Assembly: GCA_016195915.1 (NCBI GenBank)
Contig: JACPYS010000063.1
Location: forward strand, 10,388 to 74,387
DNA length: 64,000 nucleotides
Origin: Betaproteobacteria bacterium
Lineage (GTDB): Bacteria; Pseudomonadota; Gammaproteobacteria; Burkholderiales; SG8-39
Direction: 5' to 3'
Shown: piece after piece, positions 19,143-28,695 of the stretch
Layout: every line of letters begins with the position of its first letter
Numbering within the stretch: the stretch's first letter is position 1
The notes under the pieces: generated by a model
Told to the model about the DNA's origin: nothing
Database searches by the model: none
The model's input: only the letters and a program-made list of their open reading frames with translations
Made by a program: the position numbers and the translations under genes

Positions 19143-19559
19143 ATGTACCGCAAAATCCTGGTGGGTTTCGACGGCTCGGACGCGGGCAGGAAAGCGTTCG
19201 ACGCGGCGTTAAGTCTCTCGGCGAAACACGGCGCGGAACTCTGGGTCGTGACGGTCGCACAGCCGCCGACGATCGGCGACGAGGTCGAGACCGAGGCCGT
19301 GATCGAGAACTCCCGCCGCCATCATCACAGGCTCCTCGCGGAACTGCGCTCAGTGGTCACGGCGCAGAATGTAAAGGCGCATTACGAGGTTGCGGTCGGA
19401 CATCCCGCAGAGCAGCTCATCTACCACGCGGACCAGCATGGTGTGGATTTGATCGTGGTCGGCGACCGCGGCCGTTCGAAATTCGCGCGCCTGCTGCTCG
19501 GCTCGGTCTCGAAGCACGTTGTCGAATACGCCGGACGGCCAGTGATGGTGGTGCGATAG
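19143..19559 (+). CDS. Universal stress protein
   Basis: MYRKILVGFDGSDAGRKAF...DLIVVGDRGRSKFARLLLGSVSKHVVEYAGRPVMVV. Confidence 0.9.
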   Translation: MYRKILVGFDGSDAGRKAFDAALSLSAKHGAELWVVTVAQPPTIGDEVETEAVIENSRRHHHRLLAELRSVVTAQNVKAHYEVAVGHPAEQLIYHADQHGVDLIVVGDRGRSKFARLLLGSVSKHVVEYAGRPVMVVR

Positions 19560-19570
19560 GAATTGCGTGG

Positions 19571-21232
19571 ATGTGGTCCCGCGAACAGAGATTGACCGAG
19601 AAATCAATAGCGCAGCGCTTCAGGCGGGTGAGCCCGGGGATCGCGACCCTCGCGATCTCGCTCTGGGTCGTCGTTCTGTGCAACGGACCGTTCTGGCGCA
19701 CGCTCTGGAACATTCAGGGCGGGCTGAGCGGCACGACCTTGCTCAAATTCGGCGCTGCATTCGTGATCGCCATCCTGGTCACGAATCTGCTGCTGACCCT
19801 GCTGGCCTTTCCCTGGATCGGCAAGCCGCTGCTCGCGTTGGTGACGATTGCGAGCGCGGTGACCCTGTATTTCATGGACAGCTATGGCGTGATGATCGAC
19901 AAGGTCATGCTGCAGAACGTGCTCGAGACCCACCCGGAGGAAGTGAGGGAGTTGATGAGTTGGCGCCTGGCGCTTTACGCGCTGTTGCTCGGGGGCGTGC
20001 CTGTGGCCTGGCTCGCGTGGGCCGACATCGCATATGCGCGCTGGTGGAAGGAGATTCTGAACAAAGCGCTGCATCTGACGCTCATGGCGCTCGGACTCGG
20101 CGCGGTCCTGTTCCTGTTCTACAAGGATTTCGCTTCGGTGGTGAGAAACCACGGCGAAGTGCGCAACCTGCTGATCCCGGCCAATTACCTCGGCGCCGCG
20201 AACGGTCTATTGCGGGCAAAGGCGCGCGCTCCGCGCGCGCTCCAGATCGTGGGGGAGGACGCGCATAAAGGGCCCCGCTGGTCCGGCTCCGGCAAACCCA
20301 CGCTCACGGTGCTGGTCGTCGGCGAGACGGCGCGTGCGGCGAATTTTTCCCTCGGCGGATACGCGCGCAAGACCAATCCGCAGCTCGAAAAGGAGGACAT
20401 CGTCTATTTTTCCAACGTGCTTGCCTGCGGCACGTCCACCGCGTCCTCGCTGCCGTGCATGTTTTCCGACGTCGGGCGCGAACGCTTCAGCGCGAACGAC
20501 GCGATCAACCGCGAGGGACTGCTCGACGTGCTGGTGCATGCCGGACTCAACGTGATGTGGCTCGACAACAATTCGGGCTGCAAAGGCATTTGTGATCGCG
20601 TCGGGTCAGAGGATCTTTCGCGGCCGCAGGCTTCGCCCTTTTGCCGCAGCGACGAGTGCTACGACGAGATCCTGTTGCAGGGACTGCAGGAGCGCCTCGA
20701 CCGTGCGGATCGCGATCTGGTGGTGGTGCTGCACCAGAAGGGCAGCCATGGCCCGGCGTATTACCTGCGCGTTCCCGAAGCGTTCAAGCTGTTCCGCCCG
20801 GTGTGCGGCAGCAACCAGCTCGAGAAGTGCCCGCGCGAGGAAATCGTGAACGCGTTCGACAATACCATCGTCTATACCGACCACGTGCTGGCGAAGACCA
20901 TTGCCTTGCTCAGGCAGAACGCAGCGCGGTTCGACACCGCAATGCTCTACGTTTCCGATCACGGCGAATCGCTCGGCGAAAGCGGGGGCGTTTACCTGCA
21001 CGGCCTTCCCTACGCGATGGCCCCGATCGAGCAGAAACACGTGCCGATGCTCGCCTGGTTGTCGGAAGGATTCCGTGCGCGATTTCACATCGACCAGAGC
21101 TGCCTCGCGTCCAAACGCCACGAGGCGTATTCGCATGACCACCTGTTTCATTCGATGCTCGGCCTGCTCGATATCCAGACCAGGGTGTACCGGCCGGAAC
21201 TGGACCTGTTTCACGGGTGCCGGCGTGACTGA
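19571..21232 (+). CDS. eptA: Phosphoethanolamine transferase (EptA/PmrC-like)
   Basis: 5 N-terminal TM helices then a sulfatase-fold domain. VVGETARAANFSLGGY, ACGTSTASSLPCMFS (catalytic Thr region), YVSDHGESLGE. The N-terminal 536 aa of the 1089-aa track ORF are a shadow of upstream genes. Confidence 0.88.
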   Translation: MWSREQRLTEKSIAQRFRRVSPGIATLAISLWVVVLCNGPFWRTLWNIQGGLSGTTLLKFGAAFVIAILVTNLLLTLLAFPWIGKPLLALVTIASAVTLYFMDSYGVMIDKVMLQNVLETHPEEVRELMSWRLALYALLLGGVPVAWLAWADIAYARWWKEILNKALHLTLMALGLGAVLFLFYKDFASVVRNHGEVRNLLIPANYLGAANGLLRAKARAPRALQIVGEDAHKGPRWSGSGKPTLTVLVVGETARAANFSLGGYARKTNPQLEKEDIVYFSNVLACGTSTASSLPCMFSDVGRERFSANDAINREGLLDVLVHAGLNVMWLDNNSGCKGICDRVGSEDLSRPQASPFCRSDECYDEILLQGLQERLDRADRDLVVVLHQKGSHGPAYYLRVPEAFKLFRPVCGSNQLEKCPREEIVNAFDNTIVYTDHVLAKTIALLRQNAARFDTAMLYVSDHGESLGESGGVYLHGLPYAMAPIEQKHVPMLAWLSEGFRARFHIDQSCLASKRHEAYSHDHLFHSMLGLLDIQTRVYRPELDLFHGCRRD

Positions 21233-21926
21233 CCGCCGCGGGTTGCTGCTCCACTGCGGCGGGCTCGCGCTCGCGGCGCTCGCCATCTGGTCGCTGTTTC
21301 AGCAGGCCGGAATCGACCGGGTGCTGACCGCGCTGTTTTTCGACGCGAGCCGGGGTGGGTTCTGGCTCAAGGATTCCTGGTGGCTGTCGGAAGTCGGGCA
21401 TGTGGGCTTCAAGAATACCGTGCTGGTATTCTGGGGCCTGTTGCTGGTTGCGAGCTTCGTGCCGGTCAATGGCACCGTGCGATGGCGCGGCGCGGTGCGC
21501 GATGTGGTGGTGGGCATGGCGCTTGCGGTGGTGCTGGTCGCGGTGCTCAAGCATTGGAGTCCGCATTCCTGCCCGTGGGATCTTGTCTCTTATGGCGGCG
21601 GGGCGGATTGGTTTCCCCTGTTCGGCGCCATTCCGGCACAGCCCGGGCCGGGGCGCTGCCTGCCGGCGGGCCATTCGGTTGCGGGATTCTCGCTGTTCGC
21701 CCTGTACTTCGCGCTGCGCTCCCAGTGGCCGCGCGCGGCGCGCCACGCACTTGCGGTGGCGATCGTGCTTGGGGTCGCGGCGAGCGCGGTGCAGGTGGCG
21801 CGCGGAGCGCATTTTGTCTCCCACGCGCTCTGGACCGCCTGGATCGCGTGGGCGATCAATGTGGCTTACGCCGCGTTTTCGGGCAGCCGACGCGCGGCTG
21901 CGCAGGTGGTTGAAATAGGACATTAA
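21225..21926 (+). CDS. PAP2-family membrane phosphatase
   Basis: GTG start overlaps the eptA stop by 8 nt. KHWSPHSCPWD, PAGHSVAGF and ARGAHFVSHALW are PAP2-like C1-C3 motifs. Confidence 0.75.
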   Translation: MTDRRGLLLHCGGLALAALAIWSLFQQAGIDRVLTALFFDASRGGFWLKDSWWLSEVGHVGFKNTVLVFWGLLLVASFVPVNGTVRWRGAVRDVVVGMALAVVLVAVLKHWSPHSCPWDLVSYGGGADWFPLFGAIPAQPGPGRCLPAGHSVAGFSLFALYFALRSQWPRAARHALAVAIVLGVAASAVQVARGAHFVSHALWTAWIAWAINVAYAAFSGSRRAAAQVVEIGH

Positions 21927-21936
21927 GCCCCCAATT
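21910..21936 (+). promoter_or_regulatory. Sigma32 (RpoH)-type promoter for clpB
   Basis: TTGAAA-N13-CCCCAATT (consensus CTTGAAA-N13/14-CCCCATnT) located 30 nt upstream of the clpB ATG, inside the 3' end of the PAP2 gene. Confidence 0.6.
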
Positions 21937-21965
21937 GGGTGTCAAGCATCGATTGGCTTGCACCC

Positions 21966-24545
21966 ATGCGACTCGACAAACTCACCACCAAGTTCCAGGA
22001 AGCCCTCTCCGACGCGCAAAGCGCAGCGCTCGGGCGCGACCACGCCTACATCGAACCCCAGCACCTGCTGCTCGCATTGATCCAGCAGGCCGATGGCGGC
22101 ACGGCGTCGCTCGTTCAGCGTTCGGGAGGCAAGCTGCAGGGCTTGAAACGCGCGCTCGAGCAATCCGTCGCGCGCCTGCCGAAGGTGGAGGGCACGCCGG
22201 GCGAAGTGCATCTGTCGCGCGACCTCACTACACTGCTCAACGTTGCCGACAAGGAAGCGCAGAAGCGCGGCGACGAATTTCTGGCCTCCGAGATGTTCCT
22301 GCTTGCCGCATGCGGCGACAAGGGCGACGCGGGCCGCGCGCTCAAGGAAAGCGGCGTCACGAAGTCGGCGCTGGAAAAGGCGATCGAGCAGCTGCGCGGC
22401 GGGCAGAGCGTCGGCAGCCAGGAAGCCGAAGGTGCCCGCGAGGCGCTGAAGAAGTACACGCTGGACGTGACCGAGCGCGCGCGCGCCGGTAAGCTCGACC
22501 CGGTGATCGGCCGCGACGACGAGATCCGGCGCGTAATCCAGATCCTGCAGCGTCGCACTAAGAACAATCCCGTCCTGATCGGCGAGCCGGGCGTGGGAAA
22601 GACCGCGATCGTCGAGGGACTCGCGCAGCGCATCGTCAATGGCGAGGTGCCGGAAACGCTGAAGAACAAGCGCGTGCTGTCGCTCGACATGGCCTCGCTG
22701 CTTGCCGGCGCGAAGTACCGCGGCGAGTTCGAGGAGCGCCTCAAGTCGGTGCTCAAGGAACTGTCGCAGGACGCGGGCCAGACGATCGTGTTCATCGACG
22801 AACTCCACACCATGGTGGGCGCGGGCAAGGCGGAGGGAGCGATCGATGCGGGCAACATGCTCAAGCCGGCCCTCGCGCGCGGCGAGCTGCATTGCGTAGG
22901 GGCCACCACGCTGAACGAATACCGCAAGTACGTCGAGAAGGACGCCGCGCTCGAGCGCCGCTTCCAGAAGGTGATGGTGCAGGAGCCTTCGGTCGAATCG
23001 ACCATCGCCATCCTGCGCGGTCTGCAGGAGAAGTACGAAGTCCATCACGGCGTGGACATCACCGACCCGGCCATCGTTGCCGCGGCGGAACTGTCGAATC
23101 GCTACATTACGGACCGGTTTCTTCCGGACAAGGCGATCGACCTGATCGACGAGGCCGCTGCGCGCATCAAGATGGAGATCGACTCGAAGCCCGAGGTGAT
23201 GGACCGTCTGGACCGCCGGCTGATTCAGCTGCGCATCGAGCGCGAGGCGGTGAAGAAGGAGAAGGACGACGCCTCCAGGCAGCGGCTCGCGCTGATCGAG
23301 GAGGAGATCGGCAAGCTCGGCCGCGAATACGCCGACCTCGAGGAAGTCTGGAAATTCGAGAAGTCGCAGGTTGCGGGCAGCCAGCACATCAAGGAAGAGC
23401 TCGAGAAGCTCAAGCTGCAGATGGAAGAGGCGCGGCGCAAGGGCGACTGGCAGAAGATGTCGGAAATCCAGTACGGCAAGGTGCCGCAGCTCGAAGCGCA
23501 ACTGAAGAGCGCGGAGAAGGGCGACGCCAGGGCCGGCAAGGCGAAACTGCTGCGCACCCAGGTCGGCGCGGAGGAGATCGCCGAAGTCGTGTCGCGTGCG
23601 ACCGGCATACCGGTGTCGAAGATGATGCAGGGCGAGCGCGACAAGTTGCTGGAGATGGAGGTGCGCCTGCACGAGCGTGTGGTCGGGCAGGACGAGGCGG
23701 TGCGTCTCGTTTCCGATGCCATCCGCCGGTCGCGCTCGGGGCTGTCGGATCCGAACCGGCCTTATGGATCGTTCCTTTTTCTCGGCCCCACCGGCGTGGG
23801 CAAGACCGAGCTGTGCAAGGCGCTGGCTGCGTTCCTGTTCGATTCGGAGGAGCACCTCATCCGCATCGACATGTCCGAATACATGGAAAAGCATTCGGTG
23901 TCGCGCCTGATCGGCGCGCCGCCGGGCTATGTCGGCTATGACGAAGGCGGGCAGCTCACCGAGCGCGTCAGGCGCAAGCCCTACGCGGTGATCCTGTTCG
24001 ACGAAATCGAGAAGGCGCACGAGGACGTGTTCAACGTGCTGCTGCAGGTGCTCGAGGACGGCCGCCTCACCGACGGCCAGGGACGCACCGTGGATTTCAA
24101 GAACACGGTGCTGGTGATGACTTCGAACCTGGGATCGCACATGATCCAGCAGATGGCGGGGTCCGACGAGGGTCTGGTGAAGCTCTCGGTGATGTCGGAG
24201 GTGAAGGCGCATTTCAGGCCCGAGTTCATCAACCGCATCGACGAGGTGGTCGTATTCCACGGGCTCGGCGAGGCGCACATCCGCTCGATCGCGGGGATCC
24301 AGCTGAAGCTGCTGGCGGCGCGCCTGGCCAAGATGGATTTCGGCCTCGAAGTGAGCGACGCGGCGCTGGTCGAACTGGCGAAGGCCGGATTCGATCCGGT
24401 CTACGGCGCGCGGCCGCTCAAGCGCGCGGTGCAGTCGCAGCTCGAGAATCCGCTGGCGAAACGCATCCTCGAGGGCGCGTTCGCGCCCAAGGACACGATC
24501 AAGGTGGGCTACCGGTCCGGCGCGATGAACTTCGCGAAGGCTTGA
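21966..24545 (+). CDS. clpB: ATP-dependent disaggregase ClpB
   Basis: [19 protein letters not shown].... Two AAA+ modules ([16 protein letters not shown]) and a long coiled-coil middle domain. 859 aa. Confidence 0.97.
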   Translation: MRLDKLTTKFQEALSDAQSAALGRDHAYIEPQHLLLALIQQADGGTASLVQRSGGKLQGLKRALEQSVARLPKVEGTPGEVHLSRDLTTLLNVADKEAQKRGDEFLASEMFLLAACGDKGDAGRALKESGVTKSALEKAIEQLRGGQSVGSQEAEGAREALKKYTLDVTERARAGKLDPVIGRDDEIRRVIQILQRRTKNNPVLIGEPGVGKTAIVEGLAQRIVNGEVPETLKNKRVLSLDMASLLAGAKYRGEFEERLKSVLKELSQDAGQTIVFIDELHTMVGAGKAEGAIDAGNMLKPALARGELHCVGATTLNEYRKYVEKDAALERRFQKVMVQEPSVESTIAILRGLQEKYEVHHGVDITDPAIVAAAELSNRYITDRFLPDKAIDLIDEAAARIKMEIDSKPEVMDRLDRRLIQLRIEREAVKKEKDDASRQRLALIEEEIGKLGREYADLEEVWKFEKSQVAGSQHIKEELEKLKLQMEEARRKGDWQKMSEIQYGKVPQLEAQLKSAEKGDARAGKAKLLRTQVGAEEIAEVVSRATGIPVSKMMQGERDKLLEMEVRLHERVVGQDEAVRLVSDAIRRSRSGLSDPNRPYGSFLFLGPTGVGKTELCKALAAFLFDSEEHLIRIDMSEYMEKHSVSRLIGAPPGYVGYDEGGQLTERVRRKPYAVILFDEIEKAHEDVFNVLLQVLEDGRLTDGQGRTVDFKNTVLVMTSNLGSHMIQQMAGSDEGLVKLSVMSEVKAHFRPEFINRIDEVVVFHGLGEAHIRSIAGIQLKLLAARLAKMDFGLEVSDAALVELAKAGFDPVYGARPLKRAVQSQLENPLAKRILEGAFAPKDTIKVGYRSGAMNFAKA

Positions 24546-24546
24546 A

Positions 24547-25173
24547 TTACTCGAGCGACGCGTAACGCGGGAGCGGCGGCCGTTGCGCCTGGATGCGGCG
24601 CGATTGGACGATCAGCTCCTCCCACAGCCCGTCGGTGTCCTTGCGGAACACTGCGTCCAGGCTGGCCGGATGCACCGACCAGAGCCCGCGGTCGATTTCG
24701 CCCTTGAGCTCGCCCGGGCGCCACCCCACGTAACCGACGTAGTAGCGCGCGTCGTTGGGCATCTGCTCGATCACCTTGTCGATCGTATTCGCGCGAAACG
24801 ACAGGTACAGGTTGTGCATCACGGGCACCGAGCCCTCGCCCGGAGTGGCTTCGGACCTGACCAGCGCAACCAGCGCACCGCGCGAAAACGGCCCGCCGTA
24901 GAACACCGGATCGACCACCCTTTTCGACGGTTCGTGTTCCGGAAACAGGCTGGTGAGCGAGCGGCGTGTCGGGCGATTGACGATCACGCCCACGTGCCCT
25001 CCGTTGGGCATCGCCGTGACGACGAGAACGCTCTGGCGGTAATCGAGGTCGCGAAAGGCGGGATGCGCAACCAAAAACACCGCGCCATCGCCGGCGGACG
25101 GGGCCGACTGCGCCAGACATGCGCCGGGCATTGTCAGCACCAAGACAACCACTGCGAACAGAATGCGTATCAA
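24547..25173 (-). CDS. YqgE/AlgH (UPF0301/DUF179)-family protein with predicted signal peptide, paralog 1
   Basis: TTG start with GGAGG 5 nt upstream (GTG 25179 is an alternative). IRILFAVVVLVLTMPGACLAQS signal-like N-terminus. FYGGPFSRGALVAL...GYVGWRPGELKGEIDRGLW family core. Confidence 0.75.
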   Translation of the reverse strand: MIRILFAVVVLVLTMPGACLAQSAPSAGDGAVFLVAHPAFRDLDYRQSVLVVTAMPNGGHVGVIVNRPTRRSLTSLFPEHEPSKRVVDPVFYGGPFSRGALVALVRSEATPGEGSVPVMHNLYLSFRANTIDKVIEQMPNDARYYVGYVGWRPGELKGEIDRGLWSVHPASLDAVFRKDTDGLWEELIVQSRRIQAQRPPLPRYASLE

Positions 25174-25297
25174 GACCACCTCCGGCCCGGCACTCGGTGT
25201 GTCATTCAAGCGTAAATCCCCGCATCGCGCAAGCCGTTGCGCGTGAACGCTCATCCTCGCCCTGCAAATTTCGATGCGCGATGGACGCGCGTGGCTC

Positions 25298-25325
25298 TTG
25301 ACAGGCGCGCCCGGCGTGCTAATCT
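25298..25325 (+). promoter_or_regulatory. Near-consensus sigma70 promoter facing a plus-strand region with no ORF
   Basis: TTGACA (25298-25303), 16-nt spacer, TAATCT (25320-25325). Confidence 0.5.
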
Positions 25326-25330
25326 GCAAG

Positions 25331-25519
25331 CGGATCGTGCAAACGCAGATCCGGGCGAACTGTCCGGGGAACGCGAATCAAAGAGCCGCACTCAAGGAGG
25401 CGGCACCTTGCTACGATCCAAAATGCGGCATTCAGCTGCATGTAAATGTGCCGCTCTGGCGGCACTGCCCGGCGGTGCCGGGCCCAAAGCCCCGCTCCCA
25501 TGCGGGGCTTTTTGTTTTT
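25331..25519 (+). ncRNA. Candidate ~190-nt structured sRNA, antisense to the spacer and 3' end of the AlgH-like paralog 2
   Basis: Starts about 7 nt after the TAATCT box. Perfect hairpins GTGCCGC-tctg-GCGGCAC (25448-25465) and GCCCGGC-ggt-GCCGGGC (25467-25483). Terminator AAAGCCCCGC-6nt-GCGGGGCTTT plus TTGTTTTT (25486-25519). No plus-strand ORF closes before the terminator. Confidence 0.45.
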
Positions 25520-26103
25520 CGCGCCAGCGCGCGCCGCAGCAGCTCTTCCCATACGCCGTCCATGTCCTTGCGCAACACGATGTCCGCGTCAGCCGGCAGC
25601 ACATACCAGTCGTCGCGCTCCATTTCCGCTTCCAGCTGGCCCGGCGCCCAGCCGGAAAATCCAGCGTAGAGACGGTATTGCCGTCCGGGTTGGGCAAGCA
25701 GCATCCTGAGGTTGTCGGGATGCATGCTGAGGTACAGGCCGCGGCGCACCGGGAACGCCGGCGCGGGCGGCTGCGCGTCTGAACGAAATACCGCGATCAG
25801 CGCACGCTGCAGCACCGGCCCGCCGAAATAGACCGTTTCGCGGTAATTGGCCACGTCCGGTTCGCCGGGCATGAGTTCCGTCAGCGTGATTGGCGTGGGG
25901 CGGTTGATGATCACGCCGACGGTCTGCGAATCTTCGCTGCGCGTCACCAGTACCACGCTGCGCTGGAAATTCGGATCGACCAGGCCGGGCTTGGCTACGA
26001 GAAAGATCCCGTTGGGTCGCGCATCCTGGGCCGCGGCGGGTGCGGCAGCCGCAATCGATGCCAGTGCAAGCAGGGCGGCGACCCGCAGGGCGGAGGCAGG
26101 CAT
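25432..26103 (-). CDS. YqgE/AlgH (UPF0301/DUF179)-family protein with predicted signal peptide, paralog 2
   Basis: MPASALRVAALLALASIAAAAPAAAQD signal. FLVAKPGLVDPNFQRSVVLV...YFGGPVLQRALIAV...AGFSGWAPGQLEAEMERDDW. The C-terminal 30 aa read through the antisense terminator hairpin. Confidence 0.8.
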   Translation of the reverse strand: MPASALRVAALLALASIAAAAPAAAQDARPNGIFLVAKPGLVDPNFQRSVVLVTRSEDSQTVGVIINRPTPITLTELMPGEPDVANYRETVYFGGPVLQRALIAVFRSDAQPPAPAFPVRRGLYLSMHPDNLRMLLAQPGRQYRLYAGFSGWAPGQLEAEMERDDWYVLPADADIVLRKDMDGVWEELLRRALARKTKSPAWERGFGPGTAGQCRQSGTFTCS

Positions 26104-26110
26104 GCGCGCA

Positions 26111-26941
26111 TTATCGCGCGGCCCGGTGCCGCGCGCGTGAAATCGCCATCATGCGCCGCGAGATGATCGCAGCCTGTTCGGTGAGCAATTCGACCACGCC
26201 CGCCACGCGCCCCGCAGCGAGGCGATCGGACATGGCGGCTATGCTGATCGCAGCTACCGGATTGCGGGCGGCATCGAACACCGGTACCGCCACCGCCTTG
26301 GTGCCGCGGACGACGCCTGCATCGGTGTAAGCATAGCCGCGTGCACGGGTCGAGCGCATGCGTTCGGTCAGCTTGCCGGCGTTGAGCTGGTGTTGGGCGA
26401 GCCGCTGCCGGTTTGCTTCGATGATGTTCGCCGCGTCGGCTTCCGGGAGGAACGACAGCAACACCAGCCCTCCGACGCCGACGCCGAGCGGCCTGCGTGC
26501 GCCAACGTCGATGGACAGCACCTTGACGGGATAGCTGCCGATTTTCCGGTCGACGCAGATCGAGTCGAAGCCGCTCCGGATGGTGAGAAAAACCGTGTCG
26601 CCGGCCTGCTCGCTGATGTGGCGCAGATACGGATCGGCGACCGCCTTGATCGGGAAGCGCGCAGTCCGGGCCAGGCCGAGGAGGGATACTTCCTCGCCGA
26701 TCATGTAGCGGCGCGTCTCGGCATCCTGCTCTACGGCGCCCTCCTCGGCAAGCACCCGCAGGATACGGTGGACAGTGGCACGGTTGAGGCGGGCCTCATT
26801 GACGATGTCGGTGAGCCGCACACCGTGTTCCTGACCGGCGGCGAGGATGCGCAGCATGCGCACCGCACGGCGGATACTCTGGGCACCGCCGACGCTGCCC
26901 GGGGCCAACGCCTCCCGGGAACGGCCTGTGCGTTTCGTCAT
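26111..26941 (-). CDS. IclR-family transcriptional regulator
   Basis: SIRRAVRMLRILAAGQEHGVRLTDIVNEARLNRATVHRILRVLAEEG wHTH, plus a C-terminal IclR effector domain. Confidence 0.88.
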   Translation of the reverse strand: MTKRTGRSREALAPGSVGGAQSIRRAVRMLRILAAGQEHGVRLTDIVNEARLNRATVHRILRVLAEEGAVEQDAETRRYMIGEEVSLLGLARTARFPIKAVADPYLRHISEQAGDTVFLTIRSGFDSICVDRKIGSYPVKVLSIDVGARRPLGVGVGGLVLLSFLPEADAANIIEANRQRLAQHQLNAGKLTERMRSTRARGYAYTDAGVVRGTKAVAVPVFDAARNPVAAISIAAMSDRLAAGRVAGVVELLTEQAAIISRRMMAISRARHRAAR

Positions 26942-26942
26942 G

Positions 26943-27566
26943 TCACGTCGTGATCACCGTCTTGGCCGTCTGGGCGACGGGGCGCATGCGCACGATCTCG
27001 CCGAGCTTGGCGTAGTTCGGGCCGCCGATGCGGCAGATGGGACGCAGCTTTTCGGTATCGACCTTGCCGTTTTCGTACAAGCCGTCGCGCAGGTGGAACA
27101 CCAGTACCTCGCCGACGATGAATTCCGAACCGGTGGCGCCGAATGCGACCGCGCGATGAAAGCGGCACTCCATGCTGATCGGGACGGCCGCGAGCCTGGG
27201 GATCCGGACCTTCCGGCTGGGCGTGACCTGGAGGCCGAGCAATTCGGCCTCGCTGACATGCGGCGGATGCTCGACCGCGCTCAGATGGACCGGCTCGATC
27301 AGGTTTTCGTCGGCGATGTGGACGACGAACTCGCCGGTCGCATGGATGTTGTTGCCGGTGTCCTTCATCACGCCCGCCTTGCGCCCGACATTGATGCCGA
27401 GCATCGGCGGCTTGTTCGACACGAAAGTAAAGCAGCTGAACGGCGCGAGATTCACCACGCCTTGCGCCGAGCGCGTGGTGACCCACGCGATTGGACGCGG
27501 TACCACCACGCCGGTCAGCAGCTTGTAGGTGGCTTGTGCATCGAGCGAGTCGGCGGAAATCTCCAA
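26943..27566 (-). CDS. Flavin reductase-like (FMN-binding split-barrel) protein
   Basis: TTG start with GGAG 7 nt upstream (the track ORF extends to 27710 with no better start). TGVVVPRPIAWVTT...NLAPFSCFTFVSNKPPML motif. Confidence 0.75.
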   Translation of the reverse strand: MEISADSLDAQATYKLLTGVVVPRPIAWVTTRSAQGVVNLAPFSCFTFVSNKPPMLGINVGRKAGVMKDTGNNIHATGEFVVHIADENLIEPVHLSAVEHPPHVSEAELLGLQVTPSRKVRIPRLAAVPISMECRFHRAVAFGATGSEFIVGEVLVFHLRDGLYENGKVDTEKLRPICRIGGPNYAKLGEIVRMRPVAQTAKTVITT

Positions 27567-27728
27567 GGGAACACTCCGATGGCCGGATGGTAAAGCGCGA
27601 CTATGCCGCAGGGCTGAACGAAATATGCATCGCTTGTCCACATTGTGGAACAAAACGGCCCGGCGCTGTTGCATGGGCGGGTGCCGTGTCGCGAAAATGT
27701 CGGCATGCACAGAGGAAGGAGATCTGCC

Positions 27729-28694
27729 ATGAGGTTGCTCATCGCATTGCTTGCTGCGATCGCCGCGCTTGCCGCCGTCCCGGCCGGCGCGCAGAAATGG
27801 CCGGATAAACCGGTCAAGCTGATCGTGCCGTATCCGCCGGGTGGTAATGTAGATACCGCCGCACGCATCGTCGCACCGGGCCTGCAGGAGGCGCTCGGCC
27901 AGCCGTTCATCGTGGAAAACAAGGCAGGGGCCGGCGGCATGATCGCCGGGGAGTTCGTCGCCAAATCCGCACCGGACGGCTACACGTTCTTCTTCGCCGC
28001 GAATTCACCGCTGTTGCACGCCCCGATCATCTACCGCCGTCCGGCGTATCAGTGGGACCGGGATTTCTCGCAGGTGAGCTCGGTCTCGTTCACCCCGATC
28101 GTGCTGCTCGCGCACCCGTCGGTGCCGGTCAGGTCGGTGCGTGAACTGCTCGATCGTGCGATCAAGGAGCCGGGCAAGTTCGCCATGTCGACGCCGAGCG
28201 CGGGCACCACCAACCACCTGTTGAGCGAACTGCTGCAGTCGCTTTCAGGCGCGTCCTGGCTGACGGTGCATTACAAGGGCAATGCTCCCGCGACCACCGC
28301 GATGCTCGGCGGCGAAGTGCAGCTGAGTTTCGACCAGGTATCGGTATCGCTTCCCTTCATCAAGCAGGGGCGAGTGCGCGCACTGGCGGTGACTACGGAA
28401 AGGCGCGTCCCGTCGCTTCCGGAGGTGCCAACCTTCGAAGAGGCGGGGGTCAAGGGAATGGAAGGCGCCACGTTTACCTGCATTGTCGCGCCGGCCGGAA
28501 CGCCGCGGGAGATCATCGGGCGCCTGCATGCCGCGCTCGTAAAGGTGCTCGCGGAAAAGGCGGTCATCGACAAGTTCGAGGCGTTGGGCGCGGAGGCGCG
28601 CGCTACCACCCCGGATCAGTTCACCGGCTACCTGCAAAGGGAATACGACAAATGGACGCCGGTGATCAAGAAAGCCGACATCAAGGCGAACTGA
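27729..28694 (+). CDS. Bug-family (TctC-like) tripartite tricarboxylate transporter substrate-binding protein
   Basis: GGAAGGAG RBS. Signal peptide. WPDKPVKLIVPYPPGGNVDTAARIVAPGL...VENKAGAGGMIAGE...PDGYTFF. Confidence 0.9.
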   Translation: MRLLIALLAAIAALAAVPAGAQKWPDKPVKLIVPYPPGGNVDTAARIVAPGLQEALGQPFIVENKAGAGGMIAGEFVAKSAPDGYTFFFAANSPLLHAPIIYRRPAYQWDRDFSQVSSVSFTPIVLLAHPSVPVRSVRELLDRAIKEPGKFAMSTPSAGTTNHLLSELLQSLSGASWLTVHYKGNAPATTAMLGGEVQLSFDQVSVSLPFIKQGRVRALAVTTERRVPSLPEVPTFEEAGVKGMEGATFTCIVAPAGTPREIIGRLHAALVKVLAEKAVIDKFEALGAEARATTPDQFTGYLQREYDKWTPVIKKADIKAN

Positions 28695-28695
28695 C

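Noticed and set aside
17963-21232. 1089-aa ORF suggesting a giant fusion protein
   Set aside because: Only the last 553 codons (from ATG 19571) encode EptA. The upstream part is an out-of-frame shadow of the antiporter and USP genes.
25408-25782. Small Cys-rich peptide (MLRSKMRHSAACKCAALAAL...) behind the AAGGAGG in the candidate sRNA; possible type I toxin
   Set aside because: The frame has no stop before the terminator at 25486-25519 and runs on to 25782 antisense to a real gene. It would be a non-stop message.
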